Shown in pieces: positions 47,201-57,424 of a stretch of DNA of 64,000 nt. Every line of letters begins with the position of its first letter. The first letter of the stretch is position 1. This stretch comes from a virus (Duplodnaviria > Caudoviricetes). The stretch lies in the IMG/VR virus record IMGVR_UViG_3300007214_000006; one strand, written 5' to 3'. The notes beneath the pieces were generated by a model that was not told the origin of the DNA, did no database searches, and was given only the letters and a program-made list of their open reading frames with translations. Made by a program: the position numbers and the translations under genes.

Positions 47201-48314
47201 AGTTTATAAATTCGAAAATAAAATCTTGAATCTGTTGGTCTCTCAAAATAGATACGGTTGTTCTATCAATTAAAGGATGAGTAGCAAGTAAATGGCAAAT
47301 TTTTTTAAATAATTTAGATTGCAAAGAAGTTAAATTGGGTAAGGGTACCATCGCTCCCTTCATTCTTTGAATTCTTCTTTTATTGAGATTGGCAGATAAC
47401 GCATGATATACTTCTCTATATATATTAGATAGAGATGGAGATATGAATGATGAAGAACAGGATTTATTTTCATAAGCTTCTACTCTTATTTCTGGAGATC
47501 TAAAATAACTATATGTATCTCCGTAAGGTATCCATAAAGATACATTTGAGCTTGAATCTATAATAGGATCTTCATTGTCTAAATTGATAGTAAATAATAT
47601 GTCTTGTTTTGTTGTATTTTCATTAGAGGCCAAAAGATTATTTATGGTAAAATATCTAAGATTTGTTGATGGTAAAAAATCTTGATTTTTCTTTGACAAC
47701 GGAGCTTGATCTGGCAGCAATATTCTATCTTTATCTACTTTGATTAAATTTGTTGTATCGTTTAATTGGATAATATAATTTTCATTAATTTTAATTTTAT
47801 AATATTGATTATCTTTATTTGGTAATAATCTGATAGAACTTCCAATAGGAATTTCATCTATAGTTAATCCAGACGAAGAAGAGCTATTTCTTTTGAACCA
47901 AAACATAAGCCCATACTCTGGATAAAATGGACATAGTTCAGACGTTAGTATCCAGTCTGTTGACATAAATGGAGAATCATTTATTTCCCAACTCTGAAAT
48001 TGTGGCCTAAATATATAAACCGCATCCTCTACTCCTAAGTTTGGAGTAAATGTGGTAGCTCCTCTATATAAACTTATAGTATTAATATAACTGTTTTTAC
48101 TTGTGACGAATACCGGATGCCAAACATCGGTTTCTTGTGTAAAATATATATTTTTCTTTATAAAATTTATAGCATTTGTCATATCCACGTCACTAGAATG
48201 CAAATTAGACATACCATTCCAAGAATATATTATCTTTGATTCTTTGGAATTATATGTATAACTGTATAAATCATCAAAGAAAGACTTATCATAAAAAACA
48301 CAATTCTTAGCCAT
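41208..48314 (-). CDS. 2368-aa giant probable virion/tail protein with PKD-like and P-domain-like segments
   Basis: Uninterrupted ORF; ILWRRVSG...FIKAPGKYVLEVRV (PKD/REJ-like); IGNIEVKLNF..NPKNLVIWL...WELIL (proprotein-convertase P-domain-like). Confidence 0.7.
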   Translation of the reverse strand: MAKNCVFYDKSFFDDLYSYTYNSKESKIIYSWNGMSNLHSSDVDMTNAINFIKKNIYFTQETDVWHPVFVTSKNSYINTISLYRGATTFTPNLGVEDAVYIFRPQFQSWEINDSPFMSTDWILTSELCPFYPEYGLMFWFKRNSSSSSGLTIDEIPIGSSIRLLPNKDNQYYKIKINENYIIQLNDTTNLIKVDKDRILLPDQAPLSKKNQDFLPSTNLRYFTINNLLASNENTTKQDILFTINLDNEDPIIDSSSNVSLWIPYGDTYSYFRSPEIRVEAYENKSCSSSFISPSLSNIYREVYHALSANLNKRRIQRMKGAMVPLPNLTSLQSKLFKKICHLLATHPLIDRTTVSILRDQQIQDFIFEFINSVPRSVENEITIVKQALNIITKYFSDLNTNVNLKTNHQSTYSNGFVSTRSDLFYKIIHKYGSKLKLENISELKYREGLPNGPHIKINQEITSKCDKNLFNQTIYNNVSISAGFFNIKTNFDNTATKIILENSQNPAEKNIIPLWDIEKTKIKNIRIPITAGPDIEIDFGRQDASSIKEIEYQLPDAIEYNQKYETSIIGAEAPDILWRRVSGTDCIRFGDPKQPTLRYETATSAGPKIFIKAPGKYVLEVRVRTSFATIYDTVTIHVNGIIETKKTNIEGEDREQTEEENTIITTSYTRFTRLRPASVQYIEARRNLSIMIPNIRECYIGKQGVFWPSYTDCSVKVPQGLANPDEPPGPGNSLPPAVIPLGNNYHKFAIPMVMDKKGNKIIQNLQCPFSITYDCNNTIIILDRITLTHLSDPTEKGLGCPSLYEGIVDQAGFILDGGSNLSGFDFIDPSDNDETVSVKAPTELSTNHLNVGAYGGFSADIIKSLNINIPYHPRPGSYLKNIDTKEELLNGNKRDDGTVTHLCHDTDLSFGSPILFRKGCFHPYHGWTNSKQFNNLSSVVNFDPYNRDVQVFKGPGFHTLDNDFLDGQTRIYKSSILLKVDKIAYDPNNIKNDEDLEAYERAEVGDYITNYGYRSIGGNVSLKTLNYNDEFDQNLAIEDDNPVSSDNYCTDNIAENNYYTSYTFSRPGSLIPFKDRKSKGKRRLRWNRHGGSSIGNIEVKLNFLNYVNPKNLVIWLEIYPCANVSERLNPPPSEDGNPSKPKDPWFKDSYYQKYAEFSSLPDRYGEIKGVGAPATHPDEIKKFLYSLWYMNDNISLKGESSISPFKDDPKTPRDPVYRIYLLNQEHIEDYEYNVNIKFSDLLDIYKNASNNNYTESTLYIDNNVSNKINNTIDLSATLSAAGYSDIEVAKYKKIMIENKLCNNSHKFSKVIGMPLFSQSKESNQAPNSSDTTFTLCIAVTDESDIFEPYDRVIATQQMTGFDSCIQRNRSNLVQNSLCNWELILHRTENNHGFIPGDMLGNIKYENENPSIPGYNFIADLTDKLHLLPPSVINAPNAYTIDGRLCRYSKENINIPKYSQPNPLVIMPLLFIFPITLIGAAAGFGGFDSAMNEQTRVLVDTLNSMRTQRQRDTFNQDWYVPNYQKYPVGSSDKVLLSISKDNEMFYKLEASIFKYNNSVVMNKPKYKFYKLCYDGYLRNLSLFKSNLVQDDNFIDIFYKNYIKTLTEDGEIDPLDTKLYDDDICHISGNKDRKQVYIFVKSLMGLGGIPGKPINSFKDMLYTDNYVKYNNIFDLTKNTDNFDTLIDEKRLVVIEGLRAYYFFENNKKIVEFTPKKPEDIDTESLETFKKRLADYKTENKKDFVLTYLESQIFLLQHNILENNILNIGYIFDSESYKTILILESSAESGSIISLSEKNSNRIIVMDDEYTTIDNKNIIPLNIWSFGNSQAINTNMSEDQNISAWGVGNYGYGSNVTTRFTLSEPDIQSKIIPFIDRIHYRKNSSLDRNTCSIILDNSNTKIDGTIKSHAFIYKTNNINNSINKHKHIYIDNNINKEYGKIYNKIFKDIHFNVYEKQILNNEITEIDIDLSRQDGGFLTGTIIFDKNLTPIKIYKLENPGDLPKLKDRLLVLEDLIEAKITESKKLSKTYGIFPFSSSEGNKQMYSEKEEAMIVLRQLYDEKNNIEYYLNKLENPIDNIASIPHINIQITQNNDQSLTIKEKENKNLYWINIDPEQGCAIDKDRSPKVLKTVKFKCLGYNDIVTLNAKTICIQPSVNDIPEDIGVNESFNNNRGLYGFEYKLSDEGIEAIKSKYTKVKWPEENNPNYIIERKFFLSLDGKERAQEVIGIYEYITPIGPENPDIEPDGDLKNKVYNIFNLDNTNELYVEFKRIPRLLRNKDLEFDLYEPNNFGELTKSILPAPGGPSDSSFRVWKCIDSKTGSYVAPPNVYYQWLNEMLFRTYFGSVDGVEHRGREMVKSKDETYWIPYDFS

Positions 48315-51300
48315 TAATTATTTCCTATTAAAATCCACTTACCGTTTTCGAATAAAAACATCCCTCTTTTTTGTATTCCTGCATTTATATTAAAATTAAA
48401 TCTGGTATTGTCAAAAATAATTGGGATCCTCGGTGCATTTTCTGGTTTTTTGAAACCTTGAATATATGTCAAAGATATTATAGCATTATTACCAGCAGTA
48501 ATATTACCAAAAACAATAAAAGATTGCTTAGAAATAGGCTCATAAAAACCAGAAGAAGTATCATATCTACATAATAGTTTTGCTCCTCTTGGCGCAGTAT
48601 AGCCACATCTGTCTTTCACATAAACTAATTTTCTAATTCCATAATCCATAGGCATAATAGAATATTCAACATCATCAATAAATGCTCTTGTAGGATAAGA
48701 TTCAGAACTACCGTTGGGCAATATCATATCTTCTTCTAGTGTTATATAAACCATTTTATATGGGCATTTATTTTTAGTGTTACTTTTACTTACAAAATTA
48801 TTTAACAAAGATATGTCGTTACCGCTAGCCACAATATATGGAGGTAATATTTCTCCTTCGCATCCTCCGCCGCTAGCTGACCAAACTCTTCTGTCGTTAT
48901 CCCATCTTACATCTATAGGCCCAACAGGCCAAAGATCAGGGCGCTCTGCCCAGTTTAAATGAAAATATTTACTTTTTGTTTTTACCCATTCATTGCCATC
49001 CTTTTTATATCCTTTACCTATAATATCTCCTAATAAATTATTTGATGTTGGTAAAAAAGCACCATCTTTTGTTAAATCATTGGTTCCAGAGGCTGTTAAT
49101 ATAAATCTTTTTGGTCTTCCATAATTATCTATTTCTAATGGTTCATCAGCCGCATTTGGCACAGGATACCCTTCCGTATCATAACCCCAACCATGCATCA
49201 TCAAAGGTCCTCTTAATCCAAAAAATCTTTGATTTAATAAAATGTTTTCATTAGTATTATATTTATATGTTAAATCTATATCATAAAAATCTTTATTTAC
49301 TGTTTTGCTTAAATCTGTAACTTTCATTAGTTCATTGCTCTCTAGTCCAACTTGATATTCCGAAGATGGTACTCTACTTACGCAAAATTGTCCTGTTTGT
49401 GGATCATATAAGCTTTGTAGATTTTTAGTTATATCAAGACTCTCAAAATCTATAGGAGCATATTCTGATCTTCCTATCACAGCTATACTATGTCTTGATC
49501 TTTCGCCGCTTGTGGGTGGTTGTGCATTAGGGTTCTTAAATTCGCCAAAAGGAACTACTATAGGATTTAAAGATAGAATATTTATTTCTCCAGGAGCATC
49601 TGTATCTGTGGATTCTCCAGATGGATATACTATCTTTGAGCCACAACATAATGGACAAGGATAATCTATTTCATTTTCAAAATCATCTGTATCTTTACTA
49701 GCAATAGACGCTTTATAAAAACCTAATCCTCCGCACTTTGGACAGATAACATTTTTCTTTTTTAGATCATTCGTTATACATCTTGAAGAAAGCGAATATG
49801 TACTTCCAAATACTGTAGGATAAAATGATATCGGAGAAAAAAATCCATCCATACTCATTACTGATTTAGAATCATATTCTTTTGACAACTCAGATAATAT
49901 TTCATTTGGCATATACAATGCCGTTTTAGTATGATGCCTCTCTAATTTTGAACCAGAAGCTCCAGGGTCTTGAGAAACTATGTGACTTTTAGGAATATAA
50001 TGCATAGCTCTGCCGATAAATACCTCGGACGGGCTTCTGCCATAAATTTTGGATTCGAAAGCTGATAAAGACGTATTAGATCTAGTACTCGAAGCATTAG
50101 AGGTTAGTTTATTTATTTGGTTAATAATTTTCTGTTCAAATTTTGTTTGCATATCCGCCATTTTTTTAAGCAATGATATCCTAGAAGTAGAAAATTGTTT
50201 GATTCTATCGGCATTTTCTTTGCTATATATGCCCAATTTTTGAGAGTATGTTCTAAAATTATAATTTGTAGACACGCCATTTACTGAACCATTAGTAGAA
50301 ATACTACTAAGAATTAAGCCTGTATAGTTATCTATATAATTTTTAGGCAAAACTGCACAAGCAAAGCCATATACATTTTGTGTAAAAAATGTATGAATGT
50401 CGTTGTCTGTTAAACCGATTGTCAAGCCGCCAGCTAAACCACATATTGGCGGACCATAGATAGAAATTTGTCCATTTTCTAAAACAGACTGATATGACGT
50501 TTCTGCTGTTATTGTATTGATAACCAATAAATCCAATGCTGACGCTCCTCCTGTTTGCCACGGAACAAACTCTTCTTTTCTTTCGACTTTCACATCAGAT
50601 ATTAATTGTTCTAAAGAATTTTGCGTATTTAATATACCAGGAAAGATAACAGATTGATTATTTAAGCTAGGATAATTTGTCCATGGTCCATAACAAAATA
50701 AATTGGATTTTAATGGAATTCCAGCGAATAGAGGTTGCGCCATTTTGGGACTGATGCTTTCGTGTTTGGAAGATTGGTCAGATGAATCTCCTTCAGATAC
50801 TAAAAATCCATTATCTAAAATAGGAATACAATATGACATCAAAATCTTTTTTAGCCCAGGAGTTAATAAATTCTTTTTCTCCAAAACAGCTAAATCTTCT
50901 ATAGCAACATTAGCTATAACAGTAAGATTAGGATCTTTAGTATAAGAATAACTACTATTAAATAATTCTATACCAGGAGAATCAATAATAACCCTCGGCC
51001 CAATCAAATTATTCGGATCCCAAAAGCATATATCATCACATGTTGTGGTTATATATAATTTTTGTGATGGTGCATAAAATATTGATCTTTTTATTTTTTC
51101 GTTATTACCAGAATCCTGTTTCTTTCCTTCATCATCAGAATCTTGTTCTTTATTCTCTTCTGCTGGCTTTTCTACCACCGATGAAGTTGCGGACCTCCCA
51201 AAAGCATCCTGACGCACATCGTTTGTATTAATCAATAAATAATCTTGACCAATAGAGGAGAGATTAATAGATGGAACTATTTTTTTTTCACAGTTAATTG

Positions 51301-54268
51301 ATGAGCCTATTCTGTTTGCCCAAGCTTGGTCGTATTGTCTCCTTTCTTTTTTATTTTGTATAACAACAGATGTATCATCTTTCTTAATAAGATTACTATT
51401 ATTTCTCATTTTCAGTTGTTTTAGTTTAAAATCATCACTTTTTTCACACCAAACACGAGATGCGTCATCATAATTAAAAGAAGCATTATATCCCAGAATT
51501 GGTTTAATTAATCCTTTATCGTCTATTAGTCTATAATATGCCGGTCCTCCAACAATAATTGAATCATCTATTTCATTTCCAAGTTCTTCCCACGCCCCGT
51601 CTACTAATTCTTTATCAAAAAATATTTTTCCGCTTCCTTGATATACTAATATATTTCCGCTAGAAGCTGGTATCTGTATATCTGCATATACTTTATCTCT
51701 ATATGCTTTTAAACCAGGAATTCTAACCAAATATTTTTTCCCATAATATTTATCTCCTATGTTTTTTATGAAATCTACCAAAATACGTAAATCGCTAATA
51801 AATTCATAACTAAGAGTATATCCAAAATTAATATTAGTCTTTCTTTTTTCTGAATTAGGGGTATTTGTTTTTTGTTTGGCATCTCCTGAATAATTTATAC
51901 CTTCGTCGTTTACGCCAGTAAAGCCAGTTCCAACAGCTTGAGAATTTGATGCAAATCCGGGGGTTGGCAATACAGTTAATTTACCTAATTTTTTATATAA
52001 ATTAACTAACATCACAAATAAATCTGGTTTTTCTGTTTTATATTTGGCTAAACAATATGCTAAATACGAGTCGAACCCTGCAATCGCGGCTCTAATTTCT
52101 GTTTCAGTAATTTTAAAAGCAAAATCATTGATTTTTTGAGGGTTGTTTCTTATTGGCTTAATTGTTTTTTTATTATCGTCTTGCGTTTGCTCATCACTTT
52201 CTGGCAATTGATTATCCTCTACAGGATCCTCTTCCTCTTTGGATTCATTTTCGCTAAGACCCTGTTGCGGAACTGGCATATTATTAGGCAGAGCGGGGTC
52301 TACGGCATATAAACTAGCCATAGAACCTAAAGATAATATAGGCAATTCTCTAGTAGACATAGTAACGGCGAGCTGTCCTGTCCATCTATCCAAAAATACT
52401 GGGCGAATATATCTAAAAATATTATTGGTTGTCGCGGCTAGTTCTATTTGTTCGTTATGCTTATAACCAAAAAAAGGACTGATAGCATGATTTATTAATG
52501 GCACATATCTTGTATTAGGGGAATTACTAGTCTGGTTATCAGTTGGATTTTCTCCAGACGTTGGTGGGGATTCTTGGTTATCTGAATTTTCTCCAGTGAT
52601 TATTTTTTTAGGAGCATATGGCACACCATTTCCAAAAGCAAAAGCAGAGTGATAATTGCCAACCCATGGGACATTTTTCCCTCCAATATTAGCATCAGAA
52701 AAAACAATATCTGATTTATTAAAATTATCACCAGTAAAAGTTTGTCTAATAATTTCATTTCCATCATAAAGTTCCGATAGAGATGCTGACCCAAGAAGCA
52801 TTTTATTTAAAACTGTATTTTTAGTAGATAAAAAATTTGGAACTTTTATTGCGGAATGTTTTCCTGTGAATCTATCAAAATTTACAAATTGATCAATAAT
52901 AGGATTATATATATAATTTGTTTGAGAGTATGCAAGAGTATAAGATTTGGCCTGATATAACCGTTGTTGATTACCTCCTATATACATAACTTTTGGAGAG
53001 CATTGATTTTGTTCTTTTCCAAAAGTTGTATAGGTTGTTGATAGACCAGTATTCTCTAAATTTGTAACAAAAGAAGAAACAGCATTTGGAGTTACAGAAA
53101 TAGTTCTGTTGATAGTTTTTACTTTGATAACATTGAGACCATTTTTGCGTAAAATCACAGTATAAAAATCTCTACCGGTTTTTTCACAAGCCACCCTAAT
53201 AAGATCTGCTATGCTCAATGAAGAATCAGGAGCACTAATTCTTATATCCAATGGTGGCCTTGGTATTTCAGAAAGATCCAAAGTAAATAATGATCTAAGA
53301 TTACCATCTGTGGATAATTCTGGAGATATAATTCCAAACCCACCATCTGCAAAATTAGCGACCACAGGAACAGTAGTATTTGTAAGTGCTGTTGGGGCTA
53401 TAATTCTACCAAAAGGAGAGAATGCTTGTTTAACTCCTAAAGAATTAATATTTACTACCGAAGTTAATGTAGACAGAGCATCTAAAACATATGCCAATGG
53501 CATACCTTCGTCATTTTTAGATGATGCTCCAAATCCATAAGATTCTAAAAAACCATAAACATTAAAAACGTTAGGGATATTACCATCTTTTAAAGAACCT
53601 ATGTAATTTATTCTATTATCAATAAAATTAATAGGTCCTCCAAAAGATCCAGCATATTTAGCGAATATAGCTCCAGCATAATGATCTATAATGACCTTAG
53701 AATTTTGTAAAATATCATCAGCAGAAGAAATTGTTACAGTGTAAGACACTGTGTTTTGTCTATTACTTCTTTCCCATGATTTGATAACACCTCCGAAACT
53801 AAAATATCCATACCTAAAGTAAACCGGGCATCCTATTATATTATAGCTGTATAAATTATTTGGATCATAGACACCATTTGCATTAATATGAGTTGCATGA
53901 CCCAAAAATCCAGGATCGCTTGTTGTCCAATACTTAGAAATTAAATTGTCATTTCTTATAGCATGATAGACTTTGCCTGGAACAATTTTATCTTTACTTT
54001 TTGCTGAATTATATGGTTGACCAGTCTCATCAATATAACAACTATCGTCTATACAATTATAATAATGATTATCTGGATAGGATAAAGCATTGCTATTAAA
54101 AACATTGATTGAGCACGGGGATATGTCGTTGATTAATTCTACAGTAAGGGATGACGACGATCCTCCCCAACCTAAATTATTATTAAAAGATACTATGCTT
54201 GATCCTAAGAAAAGCTGTTGAGCTATTACGCTTGATCCTTTAATATTTCTTAAACATGAATTAGGCAT
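48314..54268 (-). CDS. 1984-aa giant probable tail/baseplate protein
   Basis: Uninterrupted ORF; N-terminal FLGSSIVSFNNNLGWGGSSSSLTVEL...FSFGGVIKSW resembles tail-hub beta folds; CPKCGGLG...CPLC; C-terminal FFGLRGPLMMHGWGYD...PIDVRWD. Confidence 0.7.
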   Translation of the reverse strand: MPNSCLRNIKGSSVIAQQLFLGSSIVSFNNNLGWGGSSSSLTVELINDISPCSINVFNSNALSYPDNHYYNCIDDSCYIDETGQPYNSAKSKDKIVPGKVYHAIRNDNLISKYWTTSDPGFLGHATHINANGVYDPNNLYSYNIIGCPVYFRYGYFSFGGVIKSWERSNRQNTVSYTVTISSADDILQNSKVIIDHYAGAIFAKYAGSFGGPINFIDNRINYIGSLKDGNIPNVFNVYGFLESYGFGASSKNDEGMPLAYVLDALSTLTSVVNINSLGVKQAFSPFGRIIAPTALTNTTVPVVANFADGGFGIISPELSTDGNLRSLFTLDLSEIPRPPLDIRISAPDSSLSIADLIRVACEKTGRDFYTVILRKNGLNVIKVKTINRTISVTPNAVSSFVTNLENTGLSTTYTTFGKEQNQCSPKVMYIGGNQQRLYQAKSYTLAYSQTNYIYNPIIDQFVNFDRFTGKHSAIKVPNFLSTKNTVLNKMLLGSASLSELYDGNEIIRQTFTGDNFNKSDIVFSDANIGGKNVPWVGNYHSAFAFGNGVPYAPKKIITGENSDNQESPPTSGENPTDNQTSNSPNTRYVPLINHAISPFFGYKHNEQIELAATTNNIFRYIRPVFLDRWTGQLAVTMSTRELPILSLGSMASLYAVDPALPNNMPVPQQGLSENESKEEEDPVEDNQLPESDEQTQDDNKKTIKPIRNNPQKINDFAFKITETEIRAAIAGFDSYLAYCLAKYKTEKPDLFVMLVNLYKKLGKLTVLPTPGFASNSQAVGTGFTGVNDEGINYSGDAKQKTNTPNSEKRKTNINFGYTLSYEFISDLRILVDFIKNIGDKYYGKKYLVRIPGLKAYRDKVYADIQIPASSGNILVYQGSGKIFFDKELVDGAWEELGNEIDDSIIVGGPAYYRLIDDKGLIKPILGYNASFNYDDASRVWCEKSDDFKLKQLKMRNNSNLIKKDDTSVVIQNKKERRQYDQAWANRIGSSINCEKKIVPSINLSSIGQDYLLINTNDVRQDAFGRSATSSVVEKPAEENKEQDSDDEGKKQDSGNNEKIKRSIFYAPSQKLYITTTCDDICFWDPNNLIGPRVIIDSPGIELFNSSYSYTKDPNLTVIANVAIEDLAVLEKKNLLTPGLKKILMSYCIPILDNGFLVSEGDSSDQSSKHESISPKMAQPLFAGIPLKSNLFCYGPWTNYPSLNNQSVIFPGILNTQNSLEQLISDVKVERKEEFVPWQTGGASALDLLVINTITAETSYQSVLENGQISIYGPPICGLAGGLTIGLTDNDIHTFFTQNVYGFACAVLPKNYIDNYTGLILSSISTNGSVNGVSTNYNFRTYSQKLGIYSKENADRIKQFSTSRISLLKKMADMQTKFEQKIINQINKLTSNASSTRSNTSLSAFESKIYGRSPSEVFIGRAMHYIPKSHIVSQDPGASGSKLERHHTKTALYMPNEILSELSKEYDSKSVMSMDGFFSPISFYPTVFGSTYSLSSRCITNDLKKKNVICPKCGGLGFYKASIASKDTDDFENEIDYPCPLCCGSKIVYPSGESTDTDAPGEINILSLNPIVVPFGEFKNPNAQPPTSGERSRHSIAVIGRSEYAPIDFESLDITKNLQSLYDPQTGQFCVSRVPSSEYQVGLESNELMKVTDLSKTVNKDFYDIDLTYKYNTNENILLNQRFFGLRGPLMMHGWGYDTEGYPVPNAADEPLEIDNYGRPKRFILTASGTNDLTKDGAFLPTSNNLLGDIIGKGYKKDGNEWVKTKSKYFHLNWAERPDLWPVGPIDVRWDNDRRVWSASGGGCEGEILPPYIVASGNDISLLNNFVSKSNTKNKCPYKMVYITLEEDMILPNGSSESYPTRAFIDDVEYSIMPMDYGIRKLVYVKDRCGYTAPRGAKLLCRYDTSSGFYEPISKQSFIVFGNITAGNNAIISLTYIQGFKKPENAPRIPIIFDNTRFNFNINAGIQKRGMFLFENGKWILIGNN

Positions 54269-54271
54269 TAT

Positions 54272-56161
54272 TTAATGATCCATATAGTGTCTATTTAATG
54301 AACAATGTTCAAAAATCCAACTAACTGATCTAGAATATCTACCCTGAGACGGAGACCATGTTTCAGAGTCTGATTGTACAAACACAACTCCATATCTCTG
54401 AGAAATAGAGTTTTCAAATAAAGCATTTGTTCTATCTCCAAATGGCCTATGTCCTTCAATAATAAGATCTATATTTTGCCATAAAGGATTATTTCTATAT
54501 AATGGACAAGATGGATCTGTTTGTATAGATTCTCTTGGAGAAGAGGGCGGTACTATAACAACCTCAACACTAACACTTTTTCTACCTGTTGTTTTTCCGT
54601 TTGATGTTATAATAGGTCCTAATTGGCGCCCAATAACCTGAGTTTCTGTGGTATTATCAACAGGTGAATCTATAGTTACGCTTACATTTTCGCTAAGAAC
54701 ACCATTCCATACTGAAGCTAACATATTTCTTTTATTATTAAACTCATAGCTATAATTAATAGTTCCTCGATGTGGATCATGACTTTCTGATGTCGATACA
54801 GGAACAATATTTAACGTATTTTCTGTCGCAAAATTTGGATGAGTATTTTGAGGAATCGGATTAATATCATTATAGTCATTTGTGCGATCATAACTATTTA
54901 TGGCTAATGATGCACGTCTATATAAAAGAGGTTTTACTTTTTGTATCCATCCATCGCGAGCGCTATCATATTTATTTGACTTAGGACTAATATTATTTTG
55001 CAACGTAGTGTCAGAAGTAGTTTGTCCAACATATTCTGAAAATTTTAAATTAATTGGATTATTGATACCAGTACCTGTTGGCATTATTCCTGATGTTCCG
55101 TCCATAATAGTTGTAGGAGTTTCTACCAAACCCTGTAAGGATCCAGCAATCCTTACTGTTGTAACATATTCTTGAGAGGTTGATCTTTCTATATTAAATG
55201 TTTCTATATACCCAATTTTTTCAGGCATTGCTAGCCAAGAATCATTTACTTCATATGTTCCATTGTAGATATCTATATTTGTACTTCTAGCATGATTATA
55301 TAAATGAGTGCCAGAAGAATTAGCAAAATAAGGAGATCCACCAGAAGCATCTATACCACCAAACGGTTTTTTTAATTGTTTTTCTACCCAAGATTTGGCA
55401 TAAAGATAAGATTTATTATTTTGGCTAATAGCAGAATCAACCGTTAAACATCCAGTAGCACTAATTATTGGAATACCTTTAGCAGATAATCTCCTGGTGA
55501 TTCTAAATTGTGGAATAGAAGTAATATTTGTAGAAGAAGATCCCATGAGCCCGGCGCCGTTAAGAGCATCTATAACACCAGCATTTGGAGAAAAGGCTCC
55601 GTATCCTGGTGGGCTTTCTGGTTTTGTAGATACTCTATAATTCTGGTTAATATATGATATATCCTCTTGAGGTTCTATACTCCAACTCTCTGATCTATCA
55701 GTAACACTGTCTGATCCGCTAACAGCGGTTAAAAATTCTAATCCGATACTGTAATCTGCTGTTTGAGTCCAATTGTTTTCTGTTTTATTAATACTTAAAT
55801 TTGTAACTCTTACCCCATTCATACTATACATTGTATCGTTATTGCATTTAATTTCAAATAATCCATTAGAACAACTAAATAATTCTTCTAATTTTTTGAT
55901 AGATCCAATGATACCACTTATGCCAGTAGAGCCATTTGTATCTATTGCTCCTTTATTTGTGCTGACTATTTTTCCTGTTAGATCTATCTGGTTAGATACG
56001 CTTTCAACAATATTATTGCTATTAGCATTGAATGTTTTTGATATATCCACAAACGGCTCTGGTCCAACTATAGATCCGATATTAATTCCTCTATAAAAGA
56101 CTTTAATTCCGCTTGACGGCAAAGACTGAGTATTAAACAACAATAAATCTTGATTAAACAT
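54272..56161 (-). CDS. Probable virion structural protein
   Basis: SD GAGG; beta-rich, Ser/Thr/Asn-rich; lies in the structural operon. Confidence 0.65.
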   Translation of the reverse strand: MFNQDLLLFNTQSLPSSGIKVFYRGINIGSIVGPEPFVDISKTFNANSNNIVESVSNQIDLTGKIVSTNKGAIDTNGSTGISGIIGSIKKLEELFSCSNGLFEIKCNNDTMYSMNGVRVTNLSINKTENNWTQTADYSIGLEFLTAVSGSDSVTDRSESWSIEPQEDISYINQNYRVSTKPESPPGYGAFSPNAGVIDALNGAGLMGSSSTNITSIPQFRITRRLSAKGIPIISATGCLTVDSAISQNNKSYLYAKSWVEKQLKKPFGGIDASGGSPYFANSSGTHLYNHARSTNIDIYNGTYEVNDSWLAMPEKIGYIETFNIERSTSQEYVTTVRIAGSLQGLVETPTTIMDGTSGIMPTGTGINNPINLKFSEYVGQTTSDTTLQNNISPKSNKYDSARDGWIQKVKPLLYRRASLAINSYDRTNDYNDINPIPQNTHPNFATENTLNIVPVSTSESHDPHRGTINYSYEFNNKRNMLASVWNGVLSENVSVTIDSPVDNTTETQVIGRQLGPIITSNGKTTGRKSVSVEVVIVPPSSPRESIQTDPSCPLYRNNPLWQNIDLIIEGHRPFGDRTNALFENSISQRYGVVFVQSDSETWSPSQGRYSRSVSWIFEHCSLNRHYMDH

Positions 56162-56172
56162 CCTCTATCCCT

Positions 56173-57417
56173 TTATGTTAGATCGACAGGACCCATATAT
56201 ATAGGGGTAATTTTTCCAGTGATTTCTGTTCCTAAATAATCAACTTTCAAAATATCTGCATCATATATTCTATAATTATATTGTAATTGTCCAAGATTAT
56301 TCCCTTGATATTTTAGCATTGCAACACTAGGTATCTCCGATAGGTCTGGTAAATATTCTGTAGTTTTCGCCACTTCAGAAAATTTGACAGGTTGACCACT
56401 CGGTGGCGGATTCATAGCCACAACCAAGTCTTTGAAAGATTCTGAAGTAATAAAAATATCATCTATGATAATATCATAAGATTTATTACCTAAATTTGCA
56501 ATATATTTAGTACTTTCAATATTATTGTAAGCAGTTAAAATAGCTGATCTGATTTGCTCGACTGTAACATTTTTTTCTTTCATAACTAATGGATCAGCTA
56601 TAATTCTAAATCTATTTTTATAGCCTCTATTTGGCAATAGCTGGCTGTTCTTTTTGTTTAAGATTATAGAATTAATATTATTATTATATGGTATAAATTT
56701 AGCTAAAATATAATTTTGATGAACATAAGTCCAATTATTGTCTTTATTTAAAAAGATAAACTCATCTTTAATCGGATTATTAGATATAATTTCACAAGGA
56801 ATACTTGAAGAGTCAGAAACTATAATTTCTTTATATTGTGTTTTTATTATAGCTTCAGAATCAAATCCTTTTATTGTCATTTTAAGTAATACTTTACAAG
56901 AATTAGAAAATTTAGGTACTATTTGTAAAGAAGTGACTGGTATAAATTTATCATTACCAGATATAATGTAGCTTTCTGGTGTGATATCAACAAATGTTCC
57001 TGTCGGCACAATTGATTCCGCATTAAATTCCAAAATATAACTATTTTTAGGCTCTATATTATTTGCTAAATATATTTGACCAAGAGCATCAGTTGATTCT
57101 GCGTCTGGTTGACTCTGAAAATAAGAGATTTCATCATTTTGAACATTTGTCAATATAAAACTACCGACATAAGAGTTATTTAAAATAATTTCAGGATTTA
57201 AAAAATTAGAATTATTCGAAGAAACTATAATCCTAGATCCTGTTGATATAGGATATGCTGGATTTATATTAGCTAAAGATAAAGTTGATGTGCCTTCTGT
57301 TCTTACAGAAGAGACTGTATCAGCGACCTTAATTGGTCTTGGTCTTAATTCATCAAATGTTATGTTTAGTCCGCAAGCAGCAGAAATTATATTGTATTGG
57401 TGTGTTTGTATAAGCAT
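56173..57417 (-). CDS. Hypothetical structural-region protein
   Basis: Operon-packed long ORF; no motif recognised. Confidence 0.65.
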   Translation of the reverse strand: MLIQTHQYNIISAACGLNITFDELRPRPIKVADTVSSVRTEGTSTLSLANINPAYPISTGSRIIVSSNNSNFLNPEIILNNSYVGSFILTNVQNDEISYFQSQPDAESTDALGQIYLANNIEPKNSYILEFNAESIVPTGTFVDITPESYIISGNDKFIPVTSLQIVPKFSNSCKVLLKMTIKGFDSEAIIKTQYKEIIVSDSSSIPCEIISNNPIKDEFIFLNKDNNWTYVHQNYILAKFIPYNNNINSIILNKKNSQLLPNRGYKNRFRIIADPLVMKEKNVTVEQIRSAILTAYNNIESTKYIANLGNKSYDIIIDDIFITSESFKDLVVAMNPPPSGQPVKFSEVAKTTEYLPDLSEIPSVAMLKYQGNNLGQLQYNYRIYDADILKVDYLGTEITGKITPIYMGPVDLT

Positions 57418-57424
57418 AAATAAT

